DNA from: Heterodontus francisci
Taxonomy: Eukaryota
NCBI RefSeq assembly: GCF_036365525.1
Contig: NC_090421.1
Span: forward strand, 3,414,725-3,478,724
DNA: 64,000 nt
Reading direction: 5' to 3'
The position numbers and the translations under genes were made by a program. This document shows, in pieces, positions 51,615 to 64,000 of the stretch; position 1 is the first letter of the stretch, and each line of letters opens with the position of its first letter. The notes beneath the pieces are model-generated. The model searched no databases. It worked only from the letters and a program-made list of their open reading frames with translations, and was not told the DNA's origin.

Positions 51615-52364
51615 TGCACATTCCTACTTGGGTTCCCGGGTCCAATATCACATTCATTCCTTCACTCAGGCAGGCAGGTGGGACATTCTGGACTGCTGTG
51701 GTAGCTCATAGACATCTGACTGAGGGAGCATCTCTACAGCTCCTACTGCATGTCTTCCTACAGGGTGGAACGCTCACTGAATCGCACCATCCTACTGATT
51801 TGCAGGCAGCATAATGCTCTCACTGAAGAGGCAGTCTGACTTTAGATCTCTGTCAGCTTTTCCCTGAACTTTAGACAGGAATTTGTCCAGTGATCTATGA
51901 AGTTAATGGGCCACCAAAACTGACAATTGATACCTTCTATTTGCAGTGGAGCAACTGCCATAAGACAGTGACACAGCAATACATTTGCAGTGAGGCACGA
52001 CAGAGGGAATAGCAGAGAGCACTTGGCTCAGAAACTGAACTTGCATTTCTTTCTAATTGATTTTAAAATTTGTGGCTTTACGTGCTTTCAGATGAATGCT
52101 GCGTTACTTGGAATCTATGTTTTTAAATATTGACCATCTTTTTGATCGATGTAGATTTTCTTTTAGCTAAACTGAATGTGCTGGTGGTCCAGCTTCATGG
52201 GATAGGTTTGCAAGAGTTGATGTCAGACTGAATTTGTTTAGTTACCACCAGTGGCACCTTGTCTGTCGATGGGTCTCAGGCGTGTCGTGTGAGTTGGGTC
52301 AGCTGGGAGTTGGTGTTTTGCTTTGTGGAACCACAAAGGCTTGTTGGGCCAGAGGGGCTCATTC

Positions 52365-52755
52365 TATTCATTCTTTCATGGGATGTGGGCATCGCTGGCA
52401 GGCCAGCATTTGTTTCTCATCCCGAATTGCCCGTGTACTGAGTAGCTTCCTAGGGCAGTTAAGAGTCAACCACATTGCTGTGGGGCTGGAGACACAAATA
52501 GGCTAGACTGGGTAAGGACAGCAGATTTCCTTCCCTAAAGGACATTAGTGAACCAGATCTGTTTTTACAACAATCAATGATGGTTTCATGGCACTATTAC
52601 TGAGCCTAGCTTTCAATTCCAGATTTTTATTAATTAATTGAATTATTTAAATTCTACCAGCTGCCATGGTGGAATTTGAACCTGTATCCCCAGGGGATTA
52701 GCCTGGGCCACTGGATTACTAGTTCAGTGACATTACCGCAATGCCACCGTCTCCC
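52365..52755 (-). mobile_element. tRNA-derived SINE sharing its 3' tail with the 41940-42215 LINE
   Basis: Minus-strand head GGTGGCATTGCGGTAATGTCACTGAACTAGTAATCCAG..GGTTCAAATTCC; tail matches 41940-42010; partial copy at ~18815-18930. Confidence 0.6.
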
Positions 52756-55700
52756 CACCTTTCACCTCAGTGAGGTGGAAGGTAGCCACCCCTACCTCCA
52801 TCCGGCCTGTGCAGTGATTTTTAAAAGAAATTTTGCTATTGGGGCCCCTATGTTTTTCAAAGTGTTGCTTTGTCTGCCTAGCTTGGCACTTGCAGCTGAA
52901 AGTGGGCAGATGCCCAGTTTCCAGATATTGCTAATGTCGAATAGGCTGACTAGTTGCAGACCATCCAAATGTGACTCTCCCCTCTAATTTTATTTACAGT
53001 CTCCTTACTTTCTCCTCCTCTACTTCCTGGTAGAAAAGGACAGAAGAAACAGTGGATGTCCTCTCATGCTCCCTTATCTGGGAATCCCAACGTTTTATTT
53101 ATTTTTTACTTGCTTGTCCACATTGTCTCAACATTGAAAAAGTGAGCAGTCCACTGTCACTCTTCATTCTTTGGCAGTTTCCAGGTGCTAATTCTATCCC
53201 TTTCATTGTTATACATGTGCTATTTTATCCCTTGCTGCTGAAATCCCCAACCATGCTTTTGGTAGCTTCACCCTTGACTATTCCAATGCTGTCCTGGCTT
53301 TCCATCTTCCACTCTCCATAAACCTGAACTCATGCAAAACTGTACCTGTATCCCAACTCTCACCAAGTCACGTTCGCCCATCACCTCTGTCCTCACTGTC
53401 CTACATTGGCTCCCATTCCATCAATGTGTCTTTTAAAATTCTTATCCTTAGAACAGATTGAAACCAGTTTTACATGGAGTGCAAAAGCAGCGAAAGATTC
53501 AACCTCCATAACTTGTAGCCTTAGCATAGTTTCTTTACTAAAAATATCTCTCTATATAAAACTCTCTCTCAACACTGTCGTGTTATAAACTGGCTGTCCC
53601 AAGAGACCAGACCAGCCACATCCAGTATGTGAGTGGAATATTACCAAAATGGCTGCCATAATAAATGGTTAGCGTGTTGATGGTGAAATATCACAAAGAT
53701 GGTTGGGAAGAGATGAAAATGAGAATTAATATCAGCAGAATGATAACAGCATTGTTTTATTTAATGTGATTTTACGCAAGAGCTCTTAAGTGATCTTTAA
53801 AAGGGCTGTGTAAAATTCCCCCCACTCCTCAGACAAGACCTAAAATCAACAACGATGAATAATGTCTCCTACCTGAGAAAAGACGTTTCATTTGTACCCA
53901 TTGTAACGCAGTTTATTGGAAAAGCCCCACTTGTTATAATGAGTGGGTGCATCTCTAGTTGGCTGCCATCTCAGTGTGTGGGAGAGTGATGTCCTTCCAA
54001 GGTCTGGCCAGGAATGCTTTTTCAATAATACCAATCAGACGTTTAGTACTGACTAGGGTTGCCTCTCCTGCACACATCTCCTCGGAGAGGAATCTGTGAA
54101 TATTGTATGCAGAGGGGGGGTTGAGGTGTCTTTATGTTGAAAGAACTTTCAACTCCGTGTTGGGTCTTTTTAATTTACACCTGCGTGAAGAGGTCATTGT
54201 CCAACCCAAGCTGTCAGCATTGTGTAAAGATCAAAAATAGTGGTACAGAATGCAAACACATCTAAAATGTATGGAGCTGCGTTTTTTTTTTCAATGTGAC
54301 ATATATTTAAAACCAAATGAGTCTCGTTTTCAAATGAGAACCTTGAAAGGCAGTGGAAATCTATAAGTTTACCATATTGTCAGGGCATGTCTGAAACTGG
54401 ATAAATTTAAACAGTAACCAAATAGATTTAGATAATTATTGTTGGACTTCAAACATTTGTAAATTATACACTGACCTGACCTGGAGTGAAGTTGGAATGG
54501 AAAGCATGTGACATGTTTTTAAATAGTTTGTGGCAGAGTGTTTCCATGGTAACATTCATTTGTTTGCCGAGCCTGTGCGGAAAGGGACACACTACAAGCT
54601 GGGCTGCAGACTTGTGTCGTCTTGTGAAATCCAAGCAGAATAAATAACTGGTTTATTATAATATTTTCCATTGGCTATTTGGATAATTCTTTGCGTGCAG
54701 AGAATAATTATGATTTTGAATGAATGGCTTTTGGTTGAGCTGTGTGGTGAGCTGGAGGTTCTAGTTGACTGGGTTGATGTCTTCTTCCCCTTAAGTCTCT
54801 GACTGTATTTTTCCAAATCATTCCCTCAGTATTAAGAACAATCTTCGCTGAAAGAAGATAAGACTTGCATTTACATAGGGGCCTCATCACACCTCAAATA
54901 CAATGAGTTGCCTTGACGTGTGGTAACTGTTACGTTAAACGAATCTACAGTTGTGTGTCTGCACTTAAGATCCCACAAATGAGATAAGTGACTACTTGGT
55001 CTGTTTTTGGTGGTGTTGATTGAGGGAGGACTGTTCTCCCAGGATACAAGAACTCTCCCTGTTCCTCTTTGAGTGGCACTGCCGGTTCTTTAAAACCACC
55101 TGAGCAGGCAAATTGGGGCCTCAGTTTAATGACTCATTTGAAAAATGACATCTCTGATACCTGATTGCTGGCTGGAAGGTGTTCCATTGTCCAGGACTAA
55201 CAGCCCTTGCATCAAGGATTTCTCTCAAAATCTATTGAATCCCCTTTAATTACCAGAATTTTTGTTTAATATAATAATAGATGGTAAGATTATCAAGGGA
55301 TACGGAGACAAGACAGGTAAATGGGGTTGAGGTACTGATCAACCATGATCTAATAAAATGGTAGAACAGGTTCAAGGGGTTGAATGGCCTACTCCTCTTC
55401 CTAGCTTCCTTTACTGAACTGGGAAAGGGGAGGGGAACATTTCTTACCTCTAAAGAATGAACATCTGTCTTCTCAGCCCTTCACCAGTTGTCATTCAGCC
55501 AGTTTTCCAGGTAGAGGCTTGGCAGGTGACTTGTTGGGAACAACAACAATTGTGTGCAGTGAGAGAGAGTTGAATTGGTGGCAAATCTCAAGCAGCTACA
55601 GAAGCAAGTGAATTGTTTTCTGTGAATAGGACTTAAAACATTCTACCAGTAAAGGATATGGCTGCATATTGGAATAGATGCTTTTTTCCTAAATCATTGT

Positions 55701-57358
55701 GTAATTGAATGTTAACAGTCTGGGAGTTCTTGCTTATACTGTTTACTGCTATACTTGCATTCAGCAAATGACAGCTTTGCTCGTGGGTTTTAAAAAGATT
55801 TTTTTTAAATGCCTCACTCCTGGTCTTTTTAATCCTGCCTCAGTTAGTACAGGTAATTTGAAAGTTCTTAAAGGGCTGTGTAATTGTGACTGCTCTTGAT
55901 TAAAATGAAATGCAAGTGGGATTTCAGTAAGCAGAGTTTTCACAAAGTGGAATGTAGTTTTATTTTAAATGTGGATTTCAGTTATTTGCTATCTGTTTTC
56001 ACTGTGTGAAAACACCAAGCCAACTGGAATTGTGTTTGGAGAGCATTGTGAGTCAATAATTCTAGAGTTGAGTATGAGTGGATACAATTTAAAGTGAATT
56101 AGGGGTAGCACAAGATGTGTTGGTTTAAGTACTATTTCTCCTGTGGTATATTGGAATATATTAATCTATATATTAATATTACTCTGCACTCCCATTCTGT
56201 CAACTTTTTTTGTTATAAATTCCCATTTCCTCATTGATAATGGAAACTGCTTGTGTAATCTTATCACACGGCAATGATGCCTTCCCACCAGTGGAGGCAC
56301 TGCACTTTCACCATTGGGAGTTTAATTACAGGGTGACAAGATTACATAGGCAATTCCAATTATAAATGTGGACATAGCTTTGTTTCTTTTATAAATTCCG
56401 AACTGACAATGACTTTCGAATGGGGACTGAATTGCGTTTTGTGTCCTGGTCCACTTATCCCTTGTGCTCGAACCCTGCTTCACCTGAAGACTACATTTGA
56501 CCTTGATTCGCCATGTGCAATGTTACGGGGTTCTACCTGCTGTATAACTGCAAGTCTTTGTTATTTTTCTCTCTCATTTAAACCAGACAGGTAACTGACT
56601 GACTGCCGCTCACATACCTGCAAGAAACCAGCATAAAACAGCTCTCGATGGTGCTCTGCCCCAAGAGATGTAACAAGGAAAAGGGATTTTTGGTTTTGCA
56701 GACATGGGAAAAATGTTTTGCCAAAAGTTGATTTTGGGAAACTGTTGACCAGGAGTGGCATGTACTGTAGAATATTTCGAGCAACCTTCTCCGCTGACCC
56801 ATATACAACAATTTTGCACCTTTTAATTAAATCCAACGAGTGAAAGTATCCACTGAAAGATGCTGAACTATCAAAACAGTTTAATTATGAACCTATACTT
56901 TGCATTTAAACTATCTGCTAAACTACCAGCAATTGTCACTACATCACACCCCATCTCCATTTACCACAGAAGTATACATTACACATGCATGTACCTGTCA
57001 AATTATAAATACCACCTGCCTTGCCACTGTTCAGGACTCGCCAAGAGTGATGATCTCAGTCCTAGTATTCTCCATAGCCGCACGTACAATTAGAAGGGAA
57101 GATTCAAAATCAAGTCTCCAGTCGGATATGGGTTGTAATGCAATTTGATCCAAAGTGACCATTTAAATGACTGGATTGCTACACTCTTTTAAAGCAGGAA
57201 TCCAACTGGCTCTTTAATGTCCTTTGCGGAAAGGAACCTGCCGTCCTTAACCATTTTGAACCATATGTGACTCCAGTCCCGTGCCAATGCAGTTGACTCT
57301 TAACTGCACCCTGAAACGGCCTAGCAAGCCACTTAGTTGTATCAAAAAATCAGCAACA

Positions 57359-58040
57359 ATTGGAGTAAAAACAGAAAGGCAGATTATCTGAATGGGGATA
57401 GATTGGGAAAAGGGGGAGGTGCAACAAAACCTGGGTGTCCTTGTATACCAGTCGCTGAAAGCAAGCATTCAGGTGCAGCAAGCAGTTAGGAAGGTGAATG
57501 GTATGTTGGCCTTCATTGCAAGAGGATTTGAGTACAGGAGCAAGGATGTCTTACTGCAGTTATACAGGGCCTTGGTGAGACCACATCTGGAGTATTGTGT
57601 GCAGTTTTGGTCTCCTTATCTGAGGAAGGATGTTCTTGCCATGGAGGGTGTGCAAAGAAGATTTACTAGGTTGATTCCTGGGATGGCAGGATTGACGTAT
57701 GAAGACAGATTGGATCGACTAGGCCTATATTCACTAGAGTTTAGAAGAATGAGAGGGGATCTCATAGAAACCTATAAGATTCTAACAGGACTAGACAGAC
57801 CAGATGCAGGGAGGATGTTCCCGATGGCTGGGGAGTCCAGAACCAGGGGTCACAGTCTCAGGATATGGGATATGCAATTTAGAACCGAGATGAGGAGAAA
57901 TTTCTTCACTCAGAGGGTATGGGGAGAAAGCAGGAACAGGGTACAGAATTAGACAGTCAGCCATGATCTTTTTTGAATGGTGGAGCAGGCCCGAAGGGCC
58001 GAATGGCCTACCCCTGCTCCTATTTTCTATGTTTCTATGT
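57359..58040 (+). mobile_element. CR1 LINE 3' fragment with internal deletion
   Basis: LYRALVRPHLEYCVQFWSP, RRMRGDLIETYKI; jump near 57918; (TTTCTATG)n tail. Confidence 0.9.
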
Positions 58041-58436
58041 GTAACCCCAACTACACACTTCTTGCATTATTAATATTTTACCAGTTTGAATGTTTTGTAC
58101 AGATCTAACTTTTGACCAATTTGCTATACGCCACTCCATATTCTATTCTCACTCAGTACTGAATCTATAACAGTAATGCTGAGTGCTTTTCCACGCTTCA
58201 AATTGACACAGCAGCACATATGCACACACTTCCCCCTTACACTTCATTGAAGACACTACAATTTAGCGAGCTGGGTGTATATTTTATTAATTCTTCCTTG
58301 TCCCCTGCATTCCCTCTCCTTTATGATGTACTTAAATTGACAGCAATAGTATGTTTCTAAGGAGAAGCTAGATAAATACCTGAGGGAGAAAGGAACAGAA
58401 GGATATGCTGATAAGGTTAGATTGATGAAGTAAGGT

Positions 58437-58915
58437 GGGACCAAAGTGGATGACCTCGCATTTATCCACATTATACTGCATCTGCCATGCATTTGCTCAC
58501 TCACACAACTTGTCCATATCACATTGGAGCCTCTTTGCATCCTCCTCACAGCTCACACTCCCCCCCTCCCCCTCAGCTTTGTGTCGTTTGCAAACTTGGA
58601 AATGTTACATTTAGTTCCCTCACCCAAGTCACTAAATATATATTGTGAATAGCTGGGACCCAAGAACTGATCCCTGCAGTACCCCACTAGTCACTGCCTG
58701 CCACCCAGAAAAAGACCCCTTTATTCCTACTCTCTGTTTCCTGTCTGTCAGCCAATTCTCAATCCATGCCAGTATATTACCCCCAATCCCATATGCTTTA
58801 ATTTTGCACATTAACATCTAATGTGGGAACTTATCAAAAGCCTTCTGAAAATCCAAATACACCACATCCACCGGTTCTCCCTTATCTATTCTACTAGTTA
58901 CATCCTCAAAAAATT
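58437..58915 (-). mobile_element. CR1 RT fragment
   Basis: WIENWLTDRKQRVGIKGSFSGWQAVTSGVLQGSVLG. Confidence 0.88.
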
Positions 58916-59814
58916 TGATAGGCAGTCTGTGGAACCTGATGTTTGCAGAAAAGTAATTGACCGATTCTTTACTGATTTAAAGGAGGAAGTTACTGAAACT
59001 GTAAGTACCACAGGGATACAGCTTTGGACAGCCATTGCAAACCCTTATTTTTTTGGTATGTCTTGGATCGGGGTGTCAAACACAATTTACAAAACACAAA
59101 CACAAGTCTTATTTTGTGGCCATACGCCCTTCAGAGCATTGACTTTAATTCCTACTGTGGGAAAACATAAGAGGTAAGTATTTGACTGGAAGGATCAAGA
59201 AAGTAGGCTCCTACAGCTACATCTTTTAACAGAAGGTTGTGAAGCAGAGATGGAACTTTTCCAGGAAATTAAATCAATAATTAAGTTAAAAACTGATTGT
59301 TTGAGTATTAGAGATATGGATCATTATAAGGCTGCATTTAAATAATGTTCAAATAACAATCAAGAATTGTTAGTCAGTGAGATCAGGTCACACAGCAGAA
59401 TCCAGGAACTGAACCTGGAAATTTCTAATCTCAGTACCTTGCTACTTGATGCGTTTAAGTGTATAAGGCAATAAATATTACAAAGTATTGTGGCTAATTT
59501 TGAGAAATTGAATGTAGAAGCAGCCAGATAATTTATATGGTACCTTGCTTAGACCAAACTTGGAATACTGAGTGTGAAGTTCTGATTGACATACCATAAA
59601 AAGAATATTTTCTACTGCAGAAAATATTTGCAAGGATTTTAACCAGAACTGAAATGATTAAGCATCTGGAAAGATAGAGCAGGTTTGGGGTTCTTTAATC
59701 TGAAAAAGACTAAAAGGAGACCTGGCAGAGGCCTTTTAAAATTATGAAAGGGTTCAATAGGGTGCATATTGAGTAAATAGAGTAGGAGGAAGCTCATGTA
59801 GAGTATAAACACTG

Positions 59815-60143
59815 GCATAGTCTCGGGAGAGACCACGGCTAAGGGAGTAAACCCTAACAGAAAATCCGGAGTGGAACCCCGTAGGTGGTCATGTGTCACC
59901 TTTGGCATGTTTCCGGCAGTTCCTGCAGCCATACCGGTGCCAAACGTCGTGCTCTGCACTCCTTTGGACCCCACCAGAAAGGCCGAGAGGGGGGTTTTGA
60001 CGCTTGGGCAACTCTCAACCTCCATACATTCGCCCAGGCATGCGCCATGGAGAGGTCACTCCATAGTTGCCTCACAGCGACTGACACCACTGACCACCTC
60101 TAGGCGCTTACCCATTGTCTCTCGAGACAAGGAGGCCAAAGAA
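59815..60143 (+). mobile_element. Short non-autonomous RTE derivative (putative 5'UTR joined to the 3' end)
   Basis: The last ~60 nt match the RTE 3' ends at 5290-5345 and 34224-34283; the preceding ~270 nt are GC-rich and do not match RTE ORF2. Confidence 0.6.
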
Positions 60144-60854
60144 ATTGGAGTAGTTCAAAGAGGTGGCCCACCACCACCTCAAGGCAGCCAGGGATGGGCA
60201 ATAAATATATACAGAGAATGAAAAAAAAAATCCATCTTCTATGCAAACAACAATGACCTGGGGCCTTTAAGTTCTATCAACTGTTCCGTCTAATAGTAGG
60301 TAGATTTTCAGTACTCGAGATGCTGTTGATGGAATTCTACTTGCTACTTCATGAGAATGCTGCTACAGCGAGCAGCTACAAACCATTGTAACCAGGTCAG
60401 ATGCCCCTCTATTGGGTCAAATTACTTTTCCAGTTTCTTGTGTTCTCCTAAACGTGATGCTGGGAGCAGGATGTGGAGATTGCAGTGGGATATGGCAGGT
60501 GAATCACAGGCTTCCAATATGTGGGCCAGTAACCCTCAATGGATCTGTAATGATGTCTCCGATTTACAGCTCACTCAGTAGGTTTGTGTACTGCTCAATG
60601 TCAATTTTTGGATCTGTCTTCCAACTTCACACAAGCTGTCTCACGACTAGTTCTAACTGGTTGTACTTAAAGCATGTGAATATCTTATTTTAGCAGCTAA
60701 ATGAAACATAACAATCCTAGAAGATAATGACCTCCAGTATCTGCTTTACACCAATTGGACCAATGTAATTATAGGACTGAATAGCATTGACCCTCATTTC
60801 CACTTTTTAAAGACTTTGTATTACTGCAACCATGCTGATACTTAACTTTAAAAA

Positions 60855-61285
60855 AAAATCTTGCACTTGCATAACACCTTTCACAACCTCCAGAATGTGC
60901 TTTACAGCCAATGAAGCATTTTTGAAGTGTAGCCACTGTTGTAATATAGGAAAAGCAACAGCCAATTTATACATAGCAAGGTCCCACAAACAGCAATCTG
61001 ATGAAGACCAGATAATCTGTTTCACTGATTTTCGTTGGGGAATAAATATTGACCAGGTCACTGGGGAGAACTCCCCTGCTCTTCGAATAGCGCCCCGGGA
61101 TCTTTTACATTCATCCAAGGTCAGGTGATGCCTCAGATTAATGTCTCATCCGAAGGACAGCACCTCTGACAGCGCAGCACTGGGAGTGTCAGCCTAGATT
61201 TTGTGTTCATGTCTCTGCAATGAGACTTGAACCTACAACTTTCCAACTCACAGCCAAGAGTGATATCAACTGAGCCATGGCTGAT
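60855..61285 (-). mobile_element. Deu-domain SINE (SacSINE1-like)
   Basis: Reverse complement of the 49930-50370 family, including the tRNA-like head. Confidence 0.8.
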
Positions 61286-62605
61286 ACTTAAATTAGGCAC
61301 CTGGCCTTCCTCTCGGCAGTGTCCAACCCTCCACATGGTGTCTCATTCAATGGCATAAATGTGGTTGGGACCTCCTGTATTTTTTCGGGGATGGGGGAAT
61401 AGCAGGTGCTGGGCAGTGCTTGATGTGTTGGGTCCCTCCTCCAATCTATGCTTTTATGCAGCAAACCCTTGGCCTACTGCTGGAATGATGGATGTGAAGG
61501 GACTCGGATTACCTGGGCTATGGGAACTTTGATGTGTACAGCCATCCCTTGATTGCTCGGGGGATTCATGGGGCTTGATCTTCCTGGTTACTCACTTTGG
61601 TTTGCTGTTTCCTCCTTTGCTGAGGTGGTTGGTTCAGAAAGAAGAGTTGGACTTCACCTGCCTTTCCTCCTCTTGGATGTTGCATTGATTTCCATGTTAA
61701 ACGATAGAGCTATGGAACTATTTGCCTTGCTAATACAGAAGGTTTTTTGTGGCACAGATGGCAGCACTACCTGATGCAAGGTATGTCAAGAGACTTCATC
61801 TGACAGCAAAGCCCTATTGAAATGGACTTGAGTCAAATCAAGGCCACAGATAGGAATTTCTCTCAGATAATTCAAGACACTAAGGGATGGAGGGAGCCAA
61901 ATATGATGATTGTGACATTCTGCAGTCAAGGAAACGATTTGTACAGGAACACGCTACCTTGTCAGAAAGTCATCTTCAGTTTGGTTTGAACCTTCAACCT
62001 GGATTATTGAAATTTAACTCTGCATTGCTTTCAAGGGACAAAATGGAGCCGATTGTCTTATGGAAAGTTCCTTATCCTTCCCAAAGGGCTGGTGGTGGTG
62101 TTGGGCAGTTTGTGACACTCCTTGGGAGTTCAGGTTTTGGGGAATTTAACTTGGCATTACGCTGCTCCTCGTCTAGGATCTGGGGCTTGTTTACAACTGC
62201 TTGTGATGTGAAGGCTAGTTACAAGGACCACTGACTCGATAAAGCTTAACTAGAATACCACATCACTTGTGGACTGGGTTGCTGTGGGGGAGGGATGTGA
62301 TTGAGGGTGCTAGCGCTGTTGTGATTCAAGGCTGCTTCAACCACTACCTCTTGTGACCTTCCGAAAAGCTACATTCTGTTTCACGCAAGTAATACAGTGC
62401 TTAGTGGTGATATGCTGGACTGTCAAACTGTCTTTGAATCTTTTTGTGAACTTGTACAGTGCCTATACAGGATGCTGGATCAACTTTTGTCTCTGATATT
62501 TTATCTAATCTACATCTCCTATAACTTTTTCCATCATTTTATAGCCTCTTTCCCTCAACGCCACCTGCCTGAGGGTAGTTCTCCGCTGATGACATACTGC
62601 AACCA

Positions 62606-63380
62606 CGAGAACATACAAACTGGGAGCAGGCCCCTCAAGCCTGCTCCACCATTCAATAAGATCATGGCTGATCTGATTGTAACCTCGACTCCACATTCCT
62701 GCCTATCCCCAATAACTTTCCACCCACTTGCTTATCAAGAATCTATCTACCTCTGCCTTAAAAAATAATCAAAATCTCTGCTTCCACTGCCTTTTGAGGA
62801 AGAGAATTCCAAAGACACTCAACCCTCAGAAAAAATTTCTCCTCCTCTCTTTCTTAAATGGGTGACCCCTTATTTTTTAACAGTGACCCTTAGTTCTAGA
62901 TTCTCCCACAAGGGGAAACATCCTTTCCACATCCACCCTGTCAAGACCCCTCAGAATCTTATACGTTTCAATCAAGTTGCCTTTTACTCTTCTAAACTCT
63001 AGCGGATACAAGCCTAGCCTGTCCAACCTTTCCTCATAAGACAATTCGTCCATTCCAGGTATTAGTCGAGTAAACCTTCTCTGAACTGCTTCCAATGCAT
63101 TTACATCCTTCCTTAAATAAGGAGACCAAAACTGTACACAGTACTCCAGATGTGGTCTCACCAGTGCCCTGTATAACTGAAGCATAACCTCCCTACTTTT
63201 GTATTCAATTCCCCTCGCAATAAATGATAACATTCAATTAGCTTTCCTAATTAGTTGCTGTACCTGCATACTAACCTTTTGTGATTCATGCACGAGGACA
63301 CCCAGATCCCTCTGCATCTCAGAGCTCTGCAATCTCTCACCATTTAGATAACATGCTTTTTTATTCTTCCTGCCAAAATG
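62606..63380 (-). mobile_element. CR1 LINE 3' fragment
   Basis: MLSFIARGIEYKSREVMLQLYRALVRPHLEYCVQFWSP...ESRTKGH plus 3'UTR. Confidence 0.9.
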
Positions 63381-63384
63381 GCCC

Positions 63385-64000
63385 CAAAAAACCCCAAAAG
63401 AAAAGGCAGTCAACCATGGCTAACAAAGGAAGTTAAGGATTGTATAAGATTAAAAGAAAAGGCTTATAAAGTTGCCAGAAATAGTAGTAAACCTGAGGAT
63501 TGGGAGTATTTTAGAATACAGCAAAGGAGGACCAAGAAACTGATAAAGGGAGAAGAGAATATGAATGTAAACTAGCAAAAGACATAAAAACAGACTGCAA
63601 AAGCTTCTATAGGTACATAAAAAGGAAACGTTTGGCTAAGACACATGTGGTTCCATTACAGGCAGAGTCAGGAGAATTTATAATGGGGAATAAAGAAATG
63701 GCAGAGAAGCTAAATGATTACTTTGTGTCAGTCTGAGGAAGATGCAAGAAATCTCTCAGAATTAGAGATCCAAGGGATTAGGGGGAATGAGGAATTGAAG
63801 GAAATTCGTATTAGTAAGAAGGTTGTATTGGAGAAATTAATGGGGCTGAAGGTTGATAAGTCCCCAGGACCTGATATTCTACATCCCAGAGTGTTGAAAG
63901 AGGTAGCTATGGAAATAGTGGATGCATTGGTGATCATCTTCCAAAATTTTATAGATTCTGGAGTGGTTCCTGCAGATTGGAAGGTCGCAAAGGTCACCCT
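63385..64000 (+). mobile_element. CR1 ORF2 internal fragment, continuing past the window
   Basis: QPWLTKEVKDCIRLKEKAY, KSPGPDILHPRVLKEVA and DWKVA motifs. Confidence 0.9.

Noticed and set aside
61330-62600. Several 70-120 aa ORFs
   Set aside because: No recognisable motifs or splice-consistent structure.

Overview
Vertebrate nuclear DNA, almost certainly a cartilaginous fish (HE1/V-SINEs, Deu-domain SINEs, shark-type CR1s), with an N gap at 5-141. The main gene is a FAM186A/B-like gene on the minus strand: 8 coding exons rebuilt from splice phases (36061 to 6830, 3132 nt, 1043 aa) plus a 5'UTR exon. It shares a CpG-rich bidirectional promoter (~36.2-36.9 kb) with a plus-strand gene whose coding exons I could not find in the window (LARP4 by synteny, inference only). 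A further minus-strand first exon lies at ~2.2 kb (LIMA1 by synteny, inference only). The rest is retroelements (CR1, RTE, L2, Tx1, Penelope-like ends with hammerhead motifs, several SINEs) and a hAT fossil. The most striking structure is in the FAM186 intron at 21.2-30.5 kb. A ~67-bp tandem repeat there has received four same-orientation retro-insertions: a 5'-truncated Tx1, a poly(A)-only insert, a full-length intact rps15a retrocopy and a full-length Tx1. Three of the four 3' junctions fall at the same position in the repeat unit (CAGCA^C^NGGGTT). This suggests a sequence-specific Tx1 system that also delivers cellular mRNAs to its target site. All family assignments are from memory and by-eye reading, not database searches.
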